Shown piece by piece: positions 43,601-52,272 of a DNA stretch of 62,314 nt. Source of the stretch: an uncultured bacterium (lineage in GTDB: Bacteria > Verrucomicrobiota > Kiritimatiellia > RFP12 > UBA1067); contig CACYNF010000003.1 of assembly GCA_902775595.1 (NCBI GenBank), positions 1-62,314 of the forward strand, in the 5' to 3' direction. Numbering within the stretch: the stretch's first letter is position 1; each line of letters starts with the position of its first letter. The translations under genes and the position numbers were made by a program. Below the pieces are notes generated by a model. The model was given only the letters and a program-made list of their open reading frames with translations. It was not told where the DNA came from and did no database searches.

Positions 43601-46600
43601 GAAGCGTACTCCAGCTGCTTTGTCACGCCGCCATTGCCGCCATTGGCACCAAAGGCGACCGTGTATTTGTTGCGCCGCCATTCTGCAATCAACGCATGGT
43701 CTTCGTCTGCCAACAGCTCGTCGGTCGCGAGAACTGTTTTCCCGTTGTAGGTCCATCCGTCGAATGCGTACCCCGTTCGCACGGGAGTGGGCAGAACGCC
43801 GTACTCCGTCTGCTCGATGTATGTGACGAACTCATTCTCCACCGTTCCGCCGTTTGGATCAAGGAACACCCAGCGTCCCTTCGTCCAGTGCGCGTACAGC
43901 GTCCGGTAAACGCCCTCTATGAAGACCGTATCATCCGTAACCCGCAGCCCGCCGACTGGCTTCGTCCACCATCCCGCGAACTTATAGCCCGTCTGCACCG
44001 GTTCCGGCGGAAGCGCGAACTTGCGTTCCGAATACTGATAGGTGCTCTGCACGCCCAGCGTACCGCCGTTGGAATCGAAAAGGACAAGGTACGTCGGCAA
44101 GTCCCATTGCGCGATTGAACGCCGATTGCCCGCGAGCGGCCATGCCTGCGGCAGGGAATGAGACCCCTTTGTGCCGTCCCATCCTGTCGATGTCGTTGCA
44201 ACGTAAGTCGTCAGCGTCTCCGGCGTTCCGCTGTAGATGTTGCGTCCGTCATTCGCAAGCTCCGGACTGTTTCCGAGGAAATGCACATCGGCAAGTTCGA
44301 CGCACCCTTCGAAAAGTCCATCGACAATCGCGCCGTCGCCCTCCTTGACCGTAGCCTCGCGCAGAATGGCGTAGTTGGAGAATATCTCGCTCACCTTGCG
44401 CACGTCGCCGCGAAGACCCACGCGGATGATGGAACTGTCGCCACCGAATGCGCTGACACCGATGTTCGTAACCGAACTTGGAATATCAACCTCGCTTATG
44501 CGCCAATCGCCATAGAAGGCCTCGTCGCCAAGTGATTCGACGCCGTATTCGATCAGCGCACCTGTGAAGCCAGTGCAGCTCTTGAACGCACGTGCACCGA
44601 CGCGCTTCACGCTTCCCGGTACGATCACGTTGTCGAGATATGAGCAACCCATGAACGCCTCGTCGCCAATATCCTCCAGACTCGGCGGCAAAACAAGCGA
44701 CTGCAGTTCCGTACAACCCTTGAACGCATTTGTGCCAACATATTTAAGCACGGCATTCTCCGAGAACACCAAGTTTGTCAATGCCGTACAACCTTCCAGC
44801 GCACCATTTGCTATGCCATAGATTGAATCGGCATCTGGAATCTCACCCTCCGCATCATCTGTATAACCAAACAACCAACCGCCATATAACTTGTATCCGC
44901 CACGCACTTCCCATTTCAAATTGAGAGCGGCATTGCTTAAATCGTGACCTACCATCTTCAACGATTTCGGCAATGTAACAGTCTGCAACGATACGCAACC
45001 GTCAAAAAATCCGTCCGGCAATCGTTCCACATCTTCCCCAACCACAACATTCGTTATTGCTGCATACGAAAAGGGAAATAGACCCTCCAACGATCGGACA
45101 CACATTGAGCTAGGGATTGAGACATCCAGGATTCCATCGCAATAGTCAAAAGCGTCATAACTACAAAATATCATACTGTCAGGCATCTTCATACTCCCAA
45201 GGCCAACGCAGCGTGAAAAAGCCTGATACTCTATCCTGCGCAAACTTTTTGGCAAACAAATATTGGTCAAACCAACGCATTCAGCAAACGCCATGCCTCC
45301 AATGCTGGTTATGCCCATACCCATATTTACGTTCTTTAGATTGCTACAACCATAAAAAGTTTCCTCCTCTATATTTGACACTCCTGTTCCGATAACTACA
45401 TCCTCAAGGTTCGTACAACCCTTGAATGCCCCCCACCCAACAGACCGAACGCTATCAGGAATGACCATCTTCTTCAAACTACCACAATTCCAAAATGCAT
45501 GATCATCAATATTGGTGATACTACATGATATTTGGATATCCGTTAACCTATCGCATCCACTAAATGCACCACAAGACAGATATGTTTCATTTGACACAAG
45601 CACTTCCGTTAAAAAAGGGGGTAAATAAAACGTGTCATAGTACGAAGAATAGCTATACGTTTGAGTCGTTGCAATTCCATCAACATAAGGCTCGCTACCA
45701 AATATCCAGCCAAACATAGCTTCAACCGAATATCTATTACCTCGCGATGCCCCAACAAACGGCAAACGCACCCTTGTGAGTCCTCTACACCCCGAAAATA
45801 CTCCAAGTCCAATATTTGTCACACTATTAGGTATGTCTACACTTGTAAGATTCGTACAGCCTCTAAATGCATTTTCACAAATAATCTGCACACCAACTCC
45901 AATATCAAAACTTGATATCCCGCTACAACCTTCAAACGCACTTTCTCCAATACGTATAAGTCCAGTACCTAATGACAACTCCAAAAGACCGCTATCACCA
46001 GAAAAGGCAAAATCGCCTATATCTACTACAGAATCAGGTATTGTCAGACTTATTAGATTGCTACAGCCGTAAAATGCATACTGTCCAATATTCGTAACGC
46101 CATAACTTATCATCAGCTCCAAAAGGTTATCGCACCCATAAAAGGCAAACTCAGAAACACTTTCAACCTTTTCTGGAATTGCACTCACACCATTGAAACC
46201 ATGTATCAACGTCCTCCCATCTTTAGTCAGCAACATTCCATTAACACAAGTGTAACTTGGGTTCTTGACTGCCACCTCAAATTGAAGTTGACTGCATCCT
46301 TTAAACGCACACCTTCCTATATCTGTCACTCCTTCTGGAATCGTCATGCTCGTAAGACCTATACAATCAGCAAATGCAAAGGAGCCAATTCTCGTCACAC
46401 TGTCCGGAATTGTCACGCTCATAAGGCCACTACAGCGATTAAAGGCAGAATCTCCAATGCTCGTCACGCCACCCGCGATTGTCACGTTCGTAAGACCGTT
46501 GCAGCGAGAAAAAGCATAATCGCCAATACTTGTCACGCTGTCTGGTATTGTCACGCTTGCAAGACCGCTGCAATCGGAGAACGCTCCATGCCCGATGCTA

Positions 46601-47964
46601 TACACGCTTCCGGGTATCGACACAAACTTTAGGTCATGGCAACCGCCAAACAAACACCTCCCCAAGTATTTTACACCATATGGAATTGTCACGTTCGCAA
46701 GACTATTGCATTCAAAGAATGCAAATTCCCCTATATGCGTAACTCCCTTTGAGATCGCAACATTAACAAGGTTGTTGCAACCATAAAAAGCAAAATTACC
46801 AATAGTTGTTACACTGTCTGGCATCACAATATCCCTCAATTCACTGCAACCCCAAAACGCATAATCGCCAATACGAGTCACACTCGCACTGGCTGACATC
46901 CTAACAGTCGTCAAACTTATACACCCATAAAACGCATATTGATCTATACTCGTAACACTATCTGGGATCGTCATACTCGCGAGACTACTACAATTATAGA
47001 ATGTCTTCTTTCCCAAACTTGTCACGCCATTGGGGATGTTTGCACCCGAAAGGCTTCTGCAGTTGTAAAACGCATAATCGTAAATTCTGCGCACCGTATT
47101 AGGTATTATAACATCAACCAATTCTACACAATCAAAAAAAGTGCCGTCTCCTATGCATTCGACACCCTCACCTATGCACACATATTTAAGATTGCTGCAT
47201 CCAGAAAAAGCTCCTTGGGAACTTATGCCAATATAATCGTCTAAAGAACCAATCTCCTTCACGCTTCCTGGTATTGAAATACTTTCTAGATTCGTACAGC
47301 TATGGAAAGCTCCTTTCGCTATTTTATTCACACTATCAGGTATTATTACCTGTTTAAGATTACCACAATAACTGAAAGTATCCTCGTTTATTCTGGCAAC
47401 TCCTTGTGGGAGCGTAACACTCGTAAGACCACTTTCTTCAAACGCAAAACTCCCAATGCTCTTCACGCTACTAGGAATCGTCACATTCATAAGACATCCA
47501 CAACCACGAAATGCACCATATCCGATGCTCTTAACGCTGTCGGGTATCGTCACGCTCGTAAGAGATCTGCAATCGCAGAACGCACAATCCCCGATGCTCG
47601 TCACGCTGTCGGGTATCGTCACGCTCGTAAGAGAACTGCAATCGCAGAACGCAGAAGACCCGATGCTCGTCACGCTGTTAGGTATCGTCACGCTCGTAAA
47701 AGATCTGCAACCGTAGAACGCCCTCTCCCCGATGCTCGTCACGGGCTTGCCGCCGAGCGTGGAGGGAATCGTCACGGTGCCTGATGGCTTCGGCGAGATG
47801 GCGGGCGTGTATGTGTATGATGAATAATTGTAAGTCCCATATATCTCCGCCGTGTCGCCGTTGATGCGGTACGTCCACGTGTAGCCGCCGACCGTTTCGG
47901 TCTCGGCCCGCGCGCCAATCGCCGCGGCAACCGCCGCAAACAGGATCATCAGTTTTCTGGTCAT
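40633..47964 (-). CDS. Giant surface adhesin-like protein: BspA-type leucine-rich repeats, Listeria-Bacteroides repeats and Ig-like repeats (2443 aa)
   Basis: ORF 40633..48018 trimmed to ATG 47964 (MTRKLMILFAAVAAAIGARA). About 45 LRR units of the type IPDSVTSIGDYAFxGCSSLTSVT. Repeats GYKFAGWWTKP, GYAFDGWTYNG, GYTFVKWEP, GYVFGGWYDKP. Ig-like units with GLPAGLK, GLPTGLKYTA, GLPKGIALAN. Confidence 0.9.
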   Translation of the reverse strand: MTRKLMILFAAVAAAIGARAETETVGGYTWTYRINGDTAEIYGTYNYSSYTYTPAISPKPSGTVTIPSTLGGKPVTSIGERAFYGCRSFTSVTIPNSVTSIGSSAFCDCSSLTSVTIPDSVTSIGDCAFCDCRSLTSVTIPDSVKSIGYGAFRGCGCLMNVTIPSSVKSIGSFAFEESGLTSVTLPQGVARINEDTFSYCGNLKQVIIPDSVNKIAKGAFHSCTNLESISIPGSVKEIGSLDDYIGISSQGAFSGCSNLKYVCIGEGVECIGDGTFFDCVELVDVIIPNTVRRIYDYAFYNCRSLSGANIPNGVTSLGKKTFYNCSSLASMTIPDSVTSIDQYAFYGCISLTTVRMSASASVTRIGDYAFWGCSELRDIVMPDSVTTIGNFAFYGCNNLVNVAISKGVTHIGEFAFFECNSLANVTIPYGVKYLGRCLFGGCHDLKFVSIPGSVYSIGHGAFSDCSGLASVTIPDSVTSIGDYAFSRCNGLTNVTIAGGVTSIGDSAFNRCSGLMSVTIPDSVTRIGSFAFADCIGLTSMTIPEGVTDIGRCAFKGCSQLQFEVAVKNPSYTCVNGMLLTKDGRTLIHGFNGVSAIPEKVESVSEFAFYGCDNLLELMISYGVTNIGQYAFYGCSNLISLTIPDSVVDIGDFAFSGDSGLLELSLGTGLIRIGESAFEGCSGISSFDIGVGVQIICENAFRGCTNLTSVDIPNSVTNIGLGVFSGCRGLTRVRLPFVGASRGNRYSVEAMFGWIFGSEPYVDGIATTQTYSYSSYYDTFYLPPFLTEVLVSNETYLSCGAFSGCDRLTDIQISCSITNIDDHAFWNCGSLKKMVIPDSVRSVGWGAFKGCTNLEDVVIGTGVSNIEEETFYGCSNLKNVNMGMGITSIGGMAFAECVGLTNICLPKSLRRIEYQAFSRCVGLGSMKMPDSMIFCSYDAFDYCDGILDVSIPSSMCVRSLEGLFPFSYAAITNVVVGEDVERLPDGFFDGCVSLQTVTLPKSLKMVGHDLSNAALNLKWEVRGGYKLYGGWLFGYTDDAEGEIPDADSIYGIANGALEGCTALTNLVFSENAVLKYVGTNAFKGCTELQSLVLPPSLEDIGDEAFMGCSYLDNVIVPGSVKRVGARAFKSCTGFTGALIEYGVESLGDEAFYGDWRISEVDIPSSVTNIGVSAFGGDSSIIRVGLRGDVRKVSEIFSNYAILREATVKEGDGAIVDGLFEGCVELADVHFLGNSPELANDGRNIYSGTPETLTTYVATTSTGWDGTKGSHSLPQAWPLAGNRRSIAQWDLPTYLVLFDSNGGTLGVQSTYQYSERKFALPPEPVQTGYKFAGWWTKPVGGLRVTDDTVFIEGVYRTLYAHWTKGRWVFLDPNGGTVENEFVTYIEQTEYGVLPTPVRTGYAFDGWTYNGKTVLATDELLADEDHALIAEWRRNKYTVAFGANGGNGGVTKQLEYASEIVPPVVTREGYTFVKWEPEVSATVPASNVTYTAQWKLNEYRVSLFVGNGEEGSQLVVTHGAKVGDIALPTRDGYVFGGWYDKPEDGILVDGDALIVGDMSLYAKWNSIYTVVFDANGGEGVMPDQPFVYGEEQSLSNIVFKATDRRFAGWATEKDGIVEYDDGEVVSNLTETANGVVTLFAAWEVWTDDMQLCDDVFGGDGVVSLDENDNVVVTLTNDVSGTVEILDSVGAVTIDLNGHNMVGDGGPAIRVVKDDGEGATTRLSIVDTSDGEKGQIVGGGESAGIEVAEDAAPSVRFDVEEGVGVLNGDGSEQPWWELCPIEATLVAGKYFKVTLSELGFDVPTDGVTAYGVVAKGLPAGLKLKYNAAVTKKVKKGKTTKTVVVKPAKVEWWIEGVPTTAVDFFTNPPYLVITVGGVAGVHALPIEVLPQNVTELEDLALGQTVNEQFYLPGVTNGWTVSGLPTGLKYTAKRITEKLKSGKQTKTVTKALPYSVYGKTTKAGLFTITAKKKVGAYYETMKYRVLVRPKAPDAAVFGEELTNITTMAYVPVKWDLTGDGGHAGRVPLPVVENVAKVAGLPGGIVFAAKDTYAYSNPKKKTGRYLKQAGQTIVGTPTKPGTYVVTFTKNVTTGTGKNKKTVAKTALILWTVTANDANLELGFNTAGGVIEGGTVGLKYGDLMAFTATDGATVTASGLPKGIALANLGDGNYAFTGFTEKAGTYLVAVTATLNGKTVTQRMALEVDGLPSWAKGTFNGYIAGADGATNGLAAITVSSVGKISGKFQEGGTNWTFTAASYTGYDNAVPAYSVPVVAKYAYKATEIVKGKKKTVTKSVARDFTLRVGQDALGGMATLEEVDGSTVHAWQNLWGQADYKALGKQLFSTKSGKKTLAYRTFTIKGTDDVGAEMGLTDAMSLSLKVTTAGAVTATMSFDTGTKSKGKPVIYKTTCSTVVIPLSAADNEEFEGEVFLFFAPSPANGFPGFAGAAPF
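47453..47750. repeat. Near-identical 69-bp tandem repeats (LRR units) at the 5' end of the adhesin gene
   Basis: ccgatgctc recurs at 47522, 47591, 47660 and 47729 (period 69). The units are almost identical (…gtcacgctgtcgggtatcgtcacgctcgtaagaga(t/a)ctgcaatcgcagaacgc…). Confidence 0.85.
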
Positions 47965-47999
47965 TTCAGCGTTCCTATCAAATCGTTTTCCGTTCCGCC

Positions 48000-49466
48000 T
48001 CACTTCACGACCTCCCAATGGCCGGTTTTGTCCGGGCCTACACGGCGGATAAGATTTGCCTCGACAAGCGAACGAATGGAAACTCTTACCGTCTCTCGTG
48101 TCACTCCTACGGCTTCGGAAAGGCGGTCATAAGTGTACTTGCCATCCTCTTTCAGAAGATGGTAAATCTTCTTTGCCGTTGTGCTCAATTCTACAGGCAG
48201 ATTTACAGACGGATTTACAGGCAAGTTTTCAGGCAGATTTACAGGCAGGTTTTGAGTGCTGTCTGCATCAAATCGCCCTGATGAAGACTCTACACCATTT
48301 ATCTTACGCCCATAGTTCAGGTTTGGCAGAATCAAGAAGAAGTCAGTCTGTGTCGATTCAAATCGTGGCTCGACAGTCTCGCCTCGCTTCTCCGATTCAA
48401 AAGCGTATGCGTCAAGTATCTTCTTGAATCCACTGCCGCGACGTTCCATAAGGTCAAGCCGCTGGAAGAGGTCGGCTATGACCGGATTGCGCCGCTTTGA
48501 CGTCACCTGTCGCGCATCAAGTTCCTGAACACAATGACCGCTCGGCATACCGCCAGGCGATGTTATCTCCATGCGGTCATCGTAGATGTCAACATGCACT
48601 TCACTCCCAAGTTCGAGGTAGTCGCGATGGATGAGTGCATTGACAAGCCCCTCTTCGTAGGCACGTTCGGGATACTCGGGATAGTTTATCCTCCCGGCGC
48701 CCGTCTTACGCCACATAATCTTCGTATTTGATTCGATGAACTCCATCGTGTTCCTGAAAAGAGAGATCAGCCCGCCGGAAAACTCGCGATCTGCAAGCGC
48801 CTCCATTAAGCCGTGCGCCTTGGTAAGCCCCTTCCACCGCGTACAGAACACACGCGAATGGCGGACTGGGGATCTATCCGCCAAAAGCGCGCCTGCGTTC
48901 GACAATAGACCGTCTTCACCGACCAAATCAAACGACGCAAAGTCAGAATCCTCAAACGACTTGCGACGCTTTTCGAAATATGTCGCACGAAGCACTTCAA
49001 ATGAAAAGTCTGACAGACGCCATCGAGAAGGAAGTCCATCCCATGAGAGATGAGATCCCTTCAGCACCAACCGCTTCAGCTGGATTGCATTGGCCTTAAC
49101 GCTCTCGTTTCCGATGCGGATGAAGGCGTCTCGATGACCTTTGACAAATGTGTAGTACGGCGTTTCCTCCCCTGCCTTTATCTCGACAACCACGAATTGC
49201 TTGCCGTCCTCCTCATGAAGCGAAAGGCTGATCTCCGGCACGGGATCCATCTGCGCCTTGATTGCCTCGCTGATGAACTCGGCGTCTCCCTGCGCGTCAG
49301 CAAGGCCGGCGAGCGATCCATCGTTCGCCACGCCGAACAGGAGTCTCCCGCCCTGCGTGTTGGCGAACGCGCTGACGCTCTTGAGCCAACTCGTAGGGTC
49401 CTTGCGCTCAAGCATCAGCTTCTTGTCGTACGCCGTCGCCTCGCCTATGTAGTCATTCAGATTCAA
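48000..49466 (-). CDS. Schlafen/AlbA_2 DNA-binding domain plus ATPase-like domain plus C-terminal winged-helix protein (putative regulator)
   Basis: The first codon is TTG at 49466. EATAYDKKLMLE...LKSVSAFANTQGGRLLFGV (AlbA_2); central GLVNALIHRDY..ITSPGG (HATPase_c_4-like); C-terminal VTRETVRVSIRSLVEANLIRRVG (wHTH). Confidence 0.75.
   Translation of the reverse strand: MNLNDYIGEATAYDKKLMLERKDPTSWLKSVSAFANTQGGRLLFGVANDGSLAGLADAQGDAEFISEAIKAQMDPVPEISLSLHEEDGKQFVVVEIKAGEETPYYTFVKGHRDAFIRIGNESVKANAIQLKRLVLKGSHLSWDGLPSRWRLSDFSFEVLRATYFEKRRKSFEDSDFASFDLVGEDGLLSNAGALLADRSPVRHSRVFCTRWKGLTKAHGLMEALADREFSGGLISLFRNTMEFIESNTKIMWRKTGAGRINYPEYPERAYEEGLVNALIHRDYLELGSEVHVDIYDDRMEITSPGGMPSGHCVQELDARQVTSKRRNPVIADLFQRLDLMERRGSGFKKILDAYAFESEKRGETVEPRFESTQTDFFLILPNLNYGRKINGVESSSGRFDADSTQNLPVNLPENLPVNPSVNLPVELSTTAKKIYHLLKEDGKYTYDRLSEAVGVTRETVRVSIRSLVEANLIRRVGPDKTGHWEVVK
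48192..48255. repeat. In-frame 12-bp tandem repeat encoding an (V/E)NLP linker
   Basis: caggcagattta / cagacggattta / caggcaagtttt / caggcagattta / caggcaggtttt. Protein: QNLPVNLPENLPVNPSVNLPVEL. Confidence 0.8.
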
Positions 49467-49666
49467 TTACAAACCCTTTATATGAAATTTACTCGCCTCT
49501 CAATGTTCCCATGTCCGCGGCGGTGGGCGGACGTCTCGGAGAGACGCCCCTACCGCCGCGCGGGAAATCTATCGCTCCGAATCGGGGGTTGCCCCGTCGG
49601 AACATCAATATATTAGCAAAACGCGCAAAACCGCGCAATTCGGAATTTCGGTAATTCATCGATTTC

Positions 49667-49753
49667 GCATGCCGACGCAGCGAAGGTCCGAGCGAAGGGA
49701 TACGGCGCATTCGCCGAGGGTCCCTGAGGAGGAGCCTTCGGGCGACGGCATGC
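49667..49753. repeat. About 86-nt imperfect-palindrome element, copy B (inverted relative to copy A)
   Basis: Closing stem GCATGCCGACG/CGACGGCATGC (one mismatch). Core cgaaggtccgagcgaagggatacggcgcattcgccgagggtccctgaggaggagccttcg. Preceded by cggtaattcat (49649..49659). Confidence 0.75.
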
Positions 49754-49764
49754 TTCTTCCGTCA

Positions 49765-51024
49765 CTACTTAGACATCGGCCACACTATGCGCTGGCGGTC
49801 GAAGCCCTTTACGAAGATCGCGGGCATTGGCCGCGCGGGGCAGACATGCTCGCAGGCACCGCAGCCAATGCAGGCGCCCTTGTCTACGACAGGGAAGCCC
49901 TCGACTATGTGAATCGCCCCTACTGGGCACTTGCGAGAACAGGCGGTGCACTCCACTCCGTCCGTGCGGATGCAAAGATCCTTCTTCCAGATCGCGTGGC
50001 CCATGTGGACGTTCTTGCGCTCGAGCCGCGGAATCCAGTTGATCGCCATCGTCGGGCATACGTGCCCGCATGCGTAGTTGCAGCCGAGAAGACAGTAGCC
50101 GCGACGGAAATCCATCTCTGGCTGGCCGAAGCGCTTGAGGTCTGTCGAAGGCGAAAGGCACCCTCCCCGGCAGTTCGCGATGCAGAGCCCGCACGCGACG
50201 CATTTGACGTTGAATTTCGCGCGATCCACGGCACCAGGCGGGAGAACGGACGCGGGGCGGTCAGGCACGCCGGGGAGCGACACAGGCGCGAAACCGCCGT
50301 CGGTCGTCTTCTCAACGGCCTCGGCCGCGGCGAGAACCGCAACTCCCTTGATCGCCTCGCGGCGCGTCGCAGAAGAACCGAGTTGGAGTTCCGAGTTGGA
50401 GTTGGAGAGTGGAATCGCCTTTTCTCCATCTCCAACTTTAGCCTCCAACTTTCCCCCATTCCCAAAGCACGCCCTGCAGTTTGCACAGCCCTTGCCTATC
50501 TTGTGGGCGCAGACGCTTTTCTTGGAGAGAAGGCTGAAAAGAGTTCCGACAGGGCAAACCCAGTTGCACCAGACGCGGCCCTTCCCGACCGCCGCGAGCA
50601 CCACGACGACCGCAAAGACGGCGACACCGGGCCAGAACAGGGTCAACGTCTTCCCGTAGATGGAATACGGCGTCAAGAACCAGCCGACCGCGCCAAAACC
50701 CGTCGCAATCAACACGGCGACGACTGCAAGAACAGTCCAGCGGACGGTCTGCTGCGCCTTCGTCTCGGGCAGGCGCGTGCAGACGCGGCGGACCTTCGTC
50801 TTCGGGTGGAAGATCCAGTTGACGATTGACTGGATGACGCCGAGCGGGCAGAGGCACTCGCAGAAAAGCCGCCCGAAGAGCGGCGTCAGCAGAAGGACGG
50901 CGAGGAACCAGACAGTCGCGGCGGGCTGGATGCGGCACGCGAGATCGGTGCCGAAGCCGAAGAACGCGGCTGTCACGCACGCGAGCATCGCCGCGGCGAC
51001 GATGATCTTGACGGTCTTCTTCAT
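49765..51024 (-). CDS. Membrane-bound 4Fe-4S polyferredoxin (NapH/MauN-like)
   Basis: ORF 49765..51480 trimmed to ATG 51024 (MKKTVKIIVAAAMLA), which overlaps the upstream stop as ATGA. TM-embedded CxxCP motifs (CECLCPLG, CNWVCPVG). C-terminal CVACGLCIANC and CIGCGACEHVCP. Confidence 0.8.
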   Translation of the reverse strand: MKKTVKIIVAAAMLACVTAAFFGFGTDLACRIQPAATVWFLAVLLLTPLFGRLFCECLCPLGVIQSIVNWIFHPKTKVRRVCTRLPETKAQQTVRWTVLAVVAVLIATGFGAVGWFLTPYSIYGKTLTLFWPGVAVFAVVVVLAAVGKGRVWCNWVCPVGTLFSLLSKKSVCAHKIGKGCANCRACFGNGGKLEAKVGDGEKAIPLSNSNSELQLGSSATRREAIKGVAVLAAAEAVEKTTDGGFAPVSLPGVPDRPASVLPPGAVDRAKFNVKCVACGLCIANCRGGCLSPSTDLKRFGQPEMDFRRGYCLLGCNYACGHVCPTMAINWIPRLERKNVHMGHAIWKKDLCIRTDGVECTACSRKCPVGAIHIVEGFPVVDKGACIGCGACEHVCPARPMPAIFVKGFDRQRIVWPMSK

Positions 51025-52268
51025 CTGCGGGCCACCTCGTTCTTCAGAAGGTCGATCTGGCTGTCGATCATCGCCATCTCCCCGGGTATGTTGATCTGCT
51101 GCGGGCAGTGCGGGCGGCAGAGGCCGCACCCGGTGCAGTGGTCTGCGCGGCGGAGCTCCTCGGGAACCGCCTTCGCGTACTCGGCGAGGACGCTCTTTGC
51201 GTCCTTCCCGCCCTTCATGAGCACGTCGTTGCGGAAGCGGAGGAGCGACGGAATGTCGAGGCCGTACGGGCACGGCATGCAGTAGGAGCACGCGGTGCAC
51301 GGGACGTTGCCGCACTTCAGGTATTCGAGCGCCGCCCTCTCGAGCGCGGCGAACTCCTCCTCGGTGCACGGCCTGAAGTCCTCGAATGTCGCGACGTTCT
51401 CCTCGATGTGCTCGGTGCGCGTCATGCCGGAGAGGATCGTCATCACGTTGGGGAAGCTCGCGCAGAACCGGAGCGCCCATTTCGCAAGCGACGCCTCGGG
51501 GTCAAGCGGGACGAGATGCCTCGCCAGCGCCTCGTTGTACCTCGCGAGCGTGCCGCCGAGAAGCGGCTCCATTATGACCACGGGTATCTTGCGCTCCGCC
51601 AGCGTCTCGTAGAGGTATTTCCCGTCGAGGTTCCGCGCGTTGACCTCCTTCGCGTGGCGCCAGTCGACGTAGTTCATCTGTATCTGGCAGAAGTCCCACT
51701 TGTAGTCGCCGTGGTGCTCTATGCACCACTCGAACGCCTTCGGGTCGCCATGGAACGAGAAGCCGAGGTTGCGTATGCGCTTTTCGCGGCGAAGCTCAGC
51801 GCACCAGTCAAGCGCGCCGTTCTCGAGATACCGCTTCGAGAACGTCGCGAAGCCGTCGTTCCCGATCGAATGAAGGAGGTAGTTGTCGATGTAGTCGGTG
51901 CGGAGGAACCTGAGGGAGTTCTCGAACATCTTCCTGCACGCGTCGAGCGGATACTGACTTGGCGCGAAGTTCGAGAGCTTTGTCGCGATGATGTAGTCCT
52001 TCCGCGCGAAGCCGCTCTTCGCGAGCGCTTCGCCGAGGCGGCGCTCGGACTCGCCGCGGCAGTACGCGGGCGACGTGTCGAAGTAGTTGACGCCATGCTC
52101 GAGCAGATAGCGGATCTGCCGGTCGAGCATCTCCTGGTCTATCGTAGACTCGGAGTAGCCGCTTTTCGCCCAGCTGTTCGCATGGCCGCCGTCGACGGTG
52201 GGAAGGCGCATGGCCCCGTATCCCAGGACCGACACCTTCCGTCCGTCAGACTGCATCCTGCAGAACAT
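51021..52268 (-). CDS. Aldo/keto reductase with a C-terminal 4Fe-4S ferredoxin-like domain
   Basis: VSVLGYGAMRLP, DYIDNYLLHS, C-terminal CTACSYCMPCP and CTGCGLCRPHCP. An alternative start lies 4 codons downstream. Confidence 0.85.
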   Translation of the reverse strand: MFCRMQSDGRKVSVLGYGAMRLPTVDGGHANSWAKSGYSESTIDQEMLDRQIRYLLEHGVNYFDTSPAYCRGESERRLGEALAKSGFARKDYIIATKLSNFAPSQYPLDACRKMFENSLRFLRTDYIDNYLLHSIGNDGFATFSKRYLENGALDWCAELRREKRIRNLGFSFHGDPKAFEWCIEHHGDYKWDFCQIQMNYVDWRHAKEVNARNLDGKYLYETLAERKIPVVIMEPLLGGTLARYNEALARHLVPLDPEASLAKWALRFCASFPNVMTILSGMTRTEHIEENVATFEDFRPCTEEEFAALERAALEYLKCGNVPCTACSYCMPCPYGLDIPSLLRFRNDVLMKGGKDAKSVLAEYAKAVPEELRRADHCTGCGLCRPHCPQQINIPGEMAMIDSQIDLLKNEVARR

Positions 52269-52272
52269 CGCC

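Noticed and set aside
40484-49753. Calling the hairpin-bracketed block a transposon or IS element.
   Set aside because: There is no transposase, integrase or recombinase gene. The shared 11-mer is not positioned as a target-site duplication: it lies left of both copies. It is kept as a finding, not annotated as a mobile element.
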